A program made the position numbers and the translations under genes. From positions 1 to 64,000 of IMG/VR virus record IMGVR_UViG_3300012007_000013: DNA of 64,000 nucleotides; one strand, 5' to 3'. The notes beneath the pieces are model-generated. The model was given only the letters and a program-made list of their open reading frames with translations. It was not told where the DNA came from and ran no database searches. The DNA is from a virus (taxonomy: Duplodnaviria > Caudoviricetes). Below, in pieces: positions 58,828 through 64,000 of the stretch. Every line of letters starts with the position of its first letter. The first letter of the stretch is position 1.

Positions 58828-59256
58828 AATAACATCTCCTTAGACGTTTTCTTTCAAAAGAATATCCGCTATCTACTTTCGGCTTGCCCTCCGATTTTGA
58901 TAGCGGATAATTCCTATATTTTCTGTTCGTTAATGGTCGCTATTGGGCAAGACACGACCGACGAATTTCTTTTCATTGCCATAATAACGCGACAACTTTT
59001 CTTTTATTGTGTGCTGAAAAAAATTTTTCTAACTTTTTTCTATCCTCACCCTGACATAGTCCGTTGTCACGTCTTGGCATCTGTCTTGTACTTCTATGTT
59101 TTTCAGTCCAAGTTCGACTGCCTCGAGCCAAGCAAGGAAATGTACGCAGTCGTCGCGAAATTTACATTTTTCGCCCGTACAATGCAAATATTTGTGGTTA
59201 AACCTGTTAGCCATTTTCTTTTTTTAAAAAACGATTACAAAGACACAAAACAATTC

Positions 59257-59940
59257 TTAAAACAATAATGATTGGGACAATTCTTTGTCTATTCTTGCTT
59301 TTGCGATGTCGAAATACTTTTTTTCTATCTCGCACCCGAGAAAACGTCTTTTTTCTTGGATTGCCGCGACCGCAGTTGTGCCCGAGCCTAGAAAAGTGTC
59401 AAGTACGATGTCATTCTCGTTTGTGCTTGCCCTTATTAATTCGCGCATCAAGTTGACTGGCTTGGTTGTCGGATGCCCTTCGTTCTTGGCAATAGGATAG
59501 CGTAGCACTGTGTTTTTGCATCTGTAATTGTAGGTTGCACCCGATTTTTTTGCGAACACACAAGTCTCTATGCCGCTGAGCCATATATGTTCGCCATTGA
59601 TAGGGAGCGGGTTTGTCTTTTCCCAAACAATCAACCGTGTCCCTGTTTTCTTGTCTCGAAAGAAACTGTTGATTTGGGAGATTTGTCCAAGTCCGCAAAA
59701 AATGTAAAAACTTCCCCTACACACACGCCACATTTCATCAAGTACAGCATTAAGGTCTATTTGTGCACCGTCAGCGTTTCCGTGGTCGAAACGTATTGTG
59801 TAACCGTGGCATTGTAAACCGTTGCTTTTCCTGTTGACTTCATTATAGGGTATGTCTGTACAGATGCAATCGACGCCGTTCTTTTCGATATTACGCATAT
59901 ATTCAAGGCAATCACCAAGTTCTATTGTATTGTACTGCAT
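59257..59940 (-). CDS. N6/N4 DNA methyltransferase
   Basis: GDCLE; CTDIPY; IVWEK; HPTTKP; LDTFLGSGTT. Confidence 0.9.
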   Translation of the reverse strand: MQYNTIELGDCLEYMRNIEKNGVDCICTDIPYNEVNRKSNGLQCHGYTIRFDHGNADGAQIDLNAVLDEMWRVCRGSFYIFCGLGQISQINSFFRDKKTGTRLIVWEKTNPLPINGEHIWLSGIETCVFAKKSGATYNYRCKNTVLRYPIAKNEGHPTTKPVNLMRELIRASTNENDIVLDTFLGSGTTAVAAIQEKRRFLGCEIEKKYFDIAKARIDKELSQSLLF

Positions 59941-59948
59941 AATTATTA

Positions 59949-60332
59949 TTATTTTGGTTCCGGATATTGCGAGCACACCCATTGGTAAAAACTTTCCGAG
60001 AGGAGTTCGACCTCTTCAATGGTGGTTTCGTCACTCCATGATGTCGTGAGTTCCAAACTCTCGTCGATAATTCGCGATACAGCTGTGTGTATTTCAATAC
60101 CAACGTTGTCTCGCCCCTCTTTTGGAATTCGGTCGTAATACTCTGGATGTAGAATGTTGTCATAGATACTCAGAAGTAATTGATACCCTGCCCTATCCTC
60201 ATCCCATCTGTTGTCATCTCTGTGGAATGACTTTCCGATAACGTAATCTTCTCGGTGCCAATGCTGATTATACTTTTTGTAACCTCTGTCAATCAGTTGC
60301 TTTTCAAGTTTGTCGAATTGTGTTTTTTTCAT
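59949..60332 (-). CDS. Hypothetical protein
   Basis: ORF in the operon. Confidence 0.6.
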   Translation of the reverse strand: MKKTQFDKLEKQLIDRGYKKYNQHWHREDYVIGKSFHRDDNRWDEDRAGYQLLLSIYDNILHPEYYDRIPKEGRDNVGIEIHTAVSRIIDESLELTTSWSDETTIEEVELLSESFYQWVCSQYPEPK

Positions 60333-60517
60333 TTCTCACCTCCTTTCCCTTTTGGACAATGTCTCATATAACGACACTCCATATCAAAACCAAATCTGTC
60401 CTTTTTATGCGGGCACGCTAACATATATGATGGGGCGTTATCTTTGGTGTAATTAAACCCCAATGGTTGTACTCTTACAATACTGTCTTCGCAATTGCGG
60501 CAGATTGTGATTTTCAT
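60329..60517 (-). CDS. Small Cys-rich protein
   Basis: CRNC...CPH...C...C; coupled. Confidence 0.5.
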   Translation of the reverse strand: MKITICRNCEDSIVRVQPLGFNYTKDNAPSYMLACPHKKDRFGFDMECRYMRHCPKGKGGEK

Positions 60518-60798
60518 TGGTTGCCTCCTTTCGAGAATAGTTTGTCATAGCACTTTGCACAGAAAGGAATACATGCTTCGTCAAAAATCAGGTCATCGTA
60601 ACTCAGAATAAGTTTTCCGCATTGTTCACATACAGCATGAGCACCTTCCACCCTTTTCGCGAAACGCATTGCCGCGTTCCAGCCTTGATGAAAAGCAGCC
60701 ATTGGGTCTGGGTATCGTTTGCGCCTTGTAATGCGCTCTATCTTTTCATAGTTTTTGTATATTACGTCGTTAGAAATATCAGATATTTTCATTTTCAC
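60514..60798 (-). CDS. Zinc-finger-containing hypothetical protein
   Basis: CEQCG...CAKC. Confidence 0.6.
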   Translation of the reverse strand: MKMKISDISNDVIYKNYEKIERITRRKRYPDPMAAFHQGWNAAMRFAKRVEGAHAVCEQCGKLILSYDDLIFDEACIPFCAKCYDKLFSKGGNQ

Positions 60799-60973
60799 AT
60801 CCTCCTATTGATTTGTCGAGTTTTTTGACGAGTTTGTCGAGTAGGCACTTGACGACTTTTAAGTCTTCCTTTGTCGCGAAACGGTACTCACCCTTCTTCA
60901 ATAACGAAAAATTGGGTTCGCCGTTCATATCGGCTTTGATTCGTATTTCGTAATCCTGATAGAACGTGCTCAT
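60779..60973 (-). CDS. Hypothetical protein
   Basis: Overlapping ORF. Confidence 0.5.
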   Translation of the reverse strand: MSTFYQDYEIRIKADMNGEPNFSLLKKGEYRFATKEDLKVVKCLLDKLVKKLDKSIGGCENENI

Positions 60974-61314
60974 TCTTTGCCTCCTTCCGCGTTGTGTACG
61001 AACTCTATGTTGTCATTGTTCTCGGCGGAGCAGGACGGCTCGTTGTCTTTCTTTTCATACTCGCTTTCGTCCTTCAAATGGCGGGCTATAATGGCGAGGG
61101 CAGCGGCGTATGGAAGAACGTCGTCGACCTTTTTCATCTCTTCGAGAGCCTTTGCGTTCTTGTTTCCTTGATATACACAGATAAACAAGCAGACGGACAT
61201 AAGCAGCAATCCTACGGCGTTAAACCATTTGCCACAGGCGGCGTTAAATCCGATTGTAAAGAAGTCAAATGCAAGCACGATGCCTGCGACGATGTTGAGA
61301 GTTTTTTGTTTCAT
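60970..61314 (-). CDS. Membrane protein
   Basis: Hydrophobic segments, acidic tail. Confidence 0.6.
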   Translation of the reverse strand: MKQKTLNIVAGIVLAFDFFTIGFNAACGKWFNAVGLLLMSVCLFICVYQGNKNAKALEEMKKVDDVLPYAAALAIIARHLKDESEYEKKDNEPSCSAENNDNIEFVHNAEGGKE

Positions 61315-61409
61315 TGCTGTATTACTTTTAAATGTTAGACTTTTAATAAAACCCCGCCGCGTATGCAGAAAGTAGGACTAAAGGTTTTTTGACGGCGGGG
61401 CTAATTGGT

Positions 61410-61688
61410 TTAATATTCTTCGCTTACGAAAATTCCGCCTTGAATCCAGACCCTCTTGCCGTCGAGGTCGAAGAAAATCTGATTGTCGGAGCCGTTGTCT
61501 CTGATGTCGAACTTGCCTTCCCACGTGGCGATTGTGTCGCCGGTGTAATCCATCAGTGTGGCCGTTCTGTGGAGGCCGGAGAATTCTGATGACAGATTTT
61601 TAATGCTGCGTGAGCACCTCTCGCAGGATGCGAATTGGATTGATGTCGCTACGATTGCGATTGCGATGATTAATTTGAACTTTTTCAT
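61410..61688 (-). CDS. Small lipoprotein
   Basis: Signal peptide with lipobox FASC; RTATLMDYTG...WEGKFDI. Confidence 0.7.
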   Translation of the reverse strand: MKKFKLIIAIAIVATSIQFASCERCSRSIKNLSSEFSGLHRTATLMDYTGDTIATWEGKFDIRDNGSDNQIFFDLDGKRVWIQGGIFVSEEY

Positions 61689-61700
61689 TTTGAATTGGTT

Positions 61701-63629
61701 TTATTTTGTTTCTATTTTGAGAGGTTCATCCGAGCAGAAGAGGTAGAACGTTTGAACGCCGTCGAAGTGAGGCAAGTTGCCAGTAGAAAAAATCGCACTT
61801 TCGTCGATAAACACTGGCATGTTCACATTTAACTTCTCGCAGAAGAAACGCTGAATGTCTGCGGTGACGGCGATACGGCTAGCGTTGTTCGATGTAGCGA
61901 AGTTGACTCCTTCGGAGTTTTTGAGCACAATGTCCGGAACTGTGGTGCCATCTTTCTGCTGCGACCAACACTCGATGTAGGAAGATTTGAGACCGTCGTT
62001 GACTTTGTGGGATAGGATTTCCATCTGCTCCTGCTTGAAGTCCTTGACGAGTTGTCTGCGACGTTCGTACATTGCGAGTTCCGCGCCTTTTTCACGCTGC
62101 TCGGAGCGTAGATTGTCGATGTCTATTTCGAGCGACGAGAGACGGCTTTGCAGACCTTTCTTCATATAGAGTCCTTTGAGTTTCTCCTTGATGTCGGCTG
62201 CTTTCTGCTTGAGTTCTCCGTCCTCGGGCATCTTGACTTCGGGGATGACAACGGCATCTATGTCCGCTTGGAGAATCTTTCCTTGCTCGGTGAATTCAAA
62301 CGGGGCGATGTCACTTGTGCGGAGGTCGTTAAGTTTCTGCTTGAGTGGTTCGGTATCCTCAAAGACGATAGAGTTGATTTCCTCTTGCCGATTCTCGATT
62401 TCTTTGTTGATGCGGTCAATATAATCCTTAAACTCATTGCCAAATCCGATAACTTCTTTAAGTTCCTTCTTGTTCATCTCGTAGAAGTCATTCATTGACT
62501 TCTCCTGCATCTCTTGCGGTAGTTCACGACCGCACACAGGACAAACGCTCACTCCGTCATATTTCCTTGACTTTATCGCTTCAATCCTGAAACGGATGTC
62601 ATCCAGTTTTTTCTCGTGCCCATCTAGTGCTTTCTTGTCAATATCATTAGCCCTCCGCAACTCGGCGATGTGCGACTTCTTTTCGGCATTCTCTTTTTCG
62701 ATGCGGGAAATCTCGGCACACAAGTTATTGTCTTGTTCAATAAGCCCCTGCATATAGGTCTTCTTCGCCTTGTCGTAGACTTCCTGCTTCATCCGCTTGT
62801 CGCCCTCTGCTTTTGCCTTTGCCTCAAGTAGCGGCTTCATACGAGCGGAATAGTCGAAAATCTTTTCCTCGATGGACTTCTGTTCACCTTCGAGAGTGTC
62901 TATCTCGTTCTGCACGGCGGTGAAGTCTGTCTGCTTGATTTCGCTGATTTCGGCTTCTTTTTGGGCAATAACGGTGGGTATCTCGTTGAGGCGTGCGTCG
63001 ATGCTCTTGGAGAGGTTTTTGGATTGTTCCTCGATTTGCTCTGGGGTCATCTTTTGCAGGAGTTCGTCGATGTCTTCATAGTCGCCTTTCATCTCGGAAC
63101 GCTCGACAGTGCCGACAGTCTTTTCGATGATGGCGCGTGCTTTTTTCTTGTCAGAAAAAACAAGGTTGATGAAGTATTCGCCTGACAGAGTATATCGAAG
63201 CATATCGTCAGTGGCTATGTTATTTGATAGCCAGTCTTTATACTCCGTTGCGCCGTATGATATATTGTCAACAAAATATTCGTAGTTGTCAGATGCAGAT
63301 TTAATATAGGAGTCTGTGCCCCTCTTTCGTGCGAAAGCGGCCGTTGCAGTGCGTTTCAAAGTGTATTCGTTGCCGTCAATGTCGATAATAGCCTCGACAA
63401 TAGCAGTTGGAGTATCTGGCGACAACTCAACGCGATTGTCGAAAAGGTTATAGTTGCCGACTTCGTTTGCGGAGCAGCAACCGCATATAAGCCATTGCCA
63501 AGCGGCGATGCGTGTTGATTTGCCTGCTGAATTTCGTCCTGAAAGAAAATTGGTATTTCCGTATGAGTCATTGAAATTTTGACCTCGGAAGTTTGATGCA
63601 GACAACTTTTTAATTTTTACTTGTTTCAT
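61701..63629 (-). CDS. SMC/SbcC-like AAA ATPase with coiled coil and Zn hook
   Basis: GRNSAGKST, CPVCG hook, VFIDES Walker B. Confidence 0.85.
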   Translation of the reverse strand: MKQVKIKKLSASNFRGQNFNDSYGNTNFLSGRNSAGKSTRIAAWQWLICGCCSANEVGNYNLFDNRVELSPDTPTAIVEAIIDIDGNEYTLKRTATAAFARKRGTDSYIKSASDNYEYFVDNISYGATEYKDWLSNNIATDDMLRYTLSGEYFINLVFSDKKKARAIIEKTVGTVERSEMKGDYEDIDELLQKMTPEQIEEQSKNLSKSIDARLNEIPTVIAQKEAEISEIKQTDFTAVQNEIDTLEGEQKSIEEKIFDYSARMKPLLEAKAKAEGDKRMKQEVYDKAKKTYMQGLIEQDNNLCAEISRIEKENAEKKSHIAELRRANDIDKKALDGHEKKLDDIRFRIEAIKSRKYDGVSVCPVCGRELPQEMQEKSMNDFYEMNKKELKEVIGFGNEFKDYIDRINKEIENRQEEINSIVFEDTEPLKQKLNDLRTSDIAPFEFTEQGKILQADIDAVVIPEVKMPEDGELKQKAADIKEKLKGLYMKKGLQSRLSSLEIDIDNLRSEQREKGAELAMYERRRQLVKDFKQEQMEILSHKVNDGLKSSYIECWSQQKDGTTVPDIVLKNSEGVNFATSNNASRIAVTADIQRFFCEKLNVNMPVFIDESAIFSTGNLPHFDGVQTFYLFCSDEPLKIETK

Positions 63630-63640
63630 AATAAAATATT

Positions 63641-64000
63641 TTAATTGTTTTCAAATAATGGTGTAAACCTCCAAATAAAACCTTTGTAGGTTTTTCTCTT
63701 TCCAAGACAGCAAGAACTTATATTATTTGCGCGAAAACCGTTTCTTTGACATTCTGTTTCACTTGGCCATATTTTAATTAATTCAAAATCTAACGAGTAT
63801 TGGTAAACTTTCTTCTTCTTCTCTGAGTTCCTGTTTAATACTTTTTCTTTTATATTATTTAATTCGTTTTCATGAAGGGCTTTGAAACTCCAGATATGCC
63901 CTTTATGCTTTGTTTGCTTCCCAATGCAGCAATTAGAAATACACGCTTGCGAGAATCCAAATTTTTCAGGTTCTGCTTCGTTGTTCCATATATTAACAAG
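63641..64000 (-). CDS. Partial ORF with tandem NUMOD1 repeats (probable homing endonuclease C-terminus)
   Basis: Manual translation ...ISNCCIGKQTKHKGHIW...KVYQYSLDFELIKIWPS...ISSCCLGKRKTYKGFIW; runs off the window edge. Confidence 0.75.
   Translation of the reverse strand, partial: LVNIWNNEAEPEKFGFSQACISNCCIGKQTKHKGHIWSFKALHENELNNIKEKVLNRNSEKKKKVYQYSLDFELIKIWPSETECQRNGFRANNISSCCLGKRKTYKGFIWRFTPLFENN

Noticed and set aside
61352-61400. CCCCGCCG...CGGCGGGG inverted repeat as a MITE or ncRNA
   Set aside because: Single occurrence between co-directional genes with a long unstructured loop; more likely a terminator or stability hairpin
1-64000. Genome-wide stop-codon reassignment (TAG=Gln or TGA=Trp)
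   Set aside because: Long genes (tape measure, TerL, SMC, portal) are fully open in the standard code; the internal stops are one each of TAA, TAG and TGA, and all three codons also end normal genes
1-64000. CRISPR array, DGR or shufflon
   Set aside because: No repeat-spacer array, reverse transcriptase, template/variable repeat pair or invertase seen; the tandem repeats at 10782 and 17429 have no spacers

Overview
About 64 kb of a tailed dsDNA phage or prophage (siphovirus-like) with a Bacteroidota host. The host call rests on repeated TTTG-N18/19-TAnnTTTG promoters, a u-spanin-type lysis cassette and HU/DUF3127-type genes. There are four blocks. (1) 0.6-12.0 kb, + strand: small early/accessory ORFs, including a RepL-like protein, MazG-like proteins and a PAPS-reductase-like gene frameshifted at a G9 tract. 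(2) 12.1-16.9 kb, - strand: packaging (portal, HNH, TerS, TerL). (3) 17.1-46.1 kb, mostly + strand: head, tail, lysis, tail-tip genes, a solo TnpB element, a tail fibre with a deacetylase-like domain and a Gly/Asn-rich six-gene operon flanked by two paralogous Dit-like genes. (4) 46.2-64 kb, - strand: replication/recombination (HU, DUF3127, MBL hydrolase, RecT, two N6/N4 methyltransferases, initiator with internal iterons, SMC-like ATPase). No integrase, CRISPR array or reverse transcriptase was seen. The most unusual items are: an HNH cassette between two different N-termini of one MBL gene; a 15-nt stop-containing hairpin inside that gene's HxHxDH motif; a tRNA-like element with a collapsed anticodon loop and an extra D-loop hairpin; an apparently intact TnpB with right-end/omegaRNA structure; the uncharacterised Gly-rich operon; and several single-lesion genes (TAA in the main tail gene, TAG in a methyltransferase). 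Family names come from motifs recalled by eye; no searches were run.
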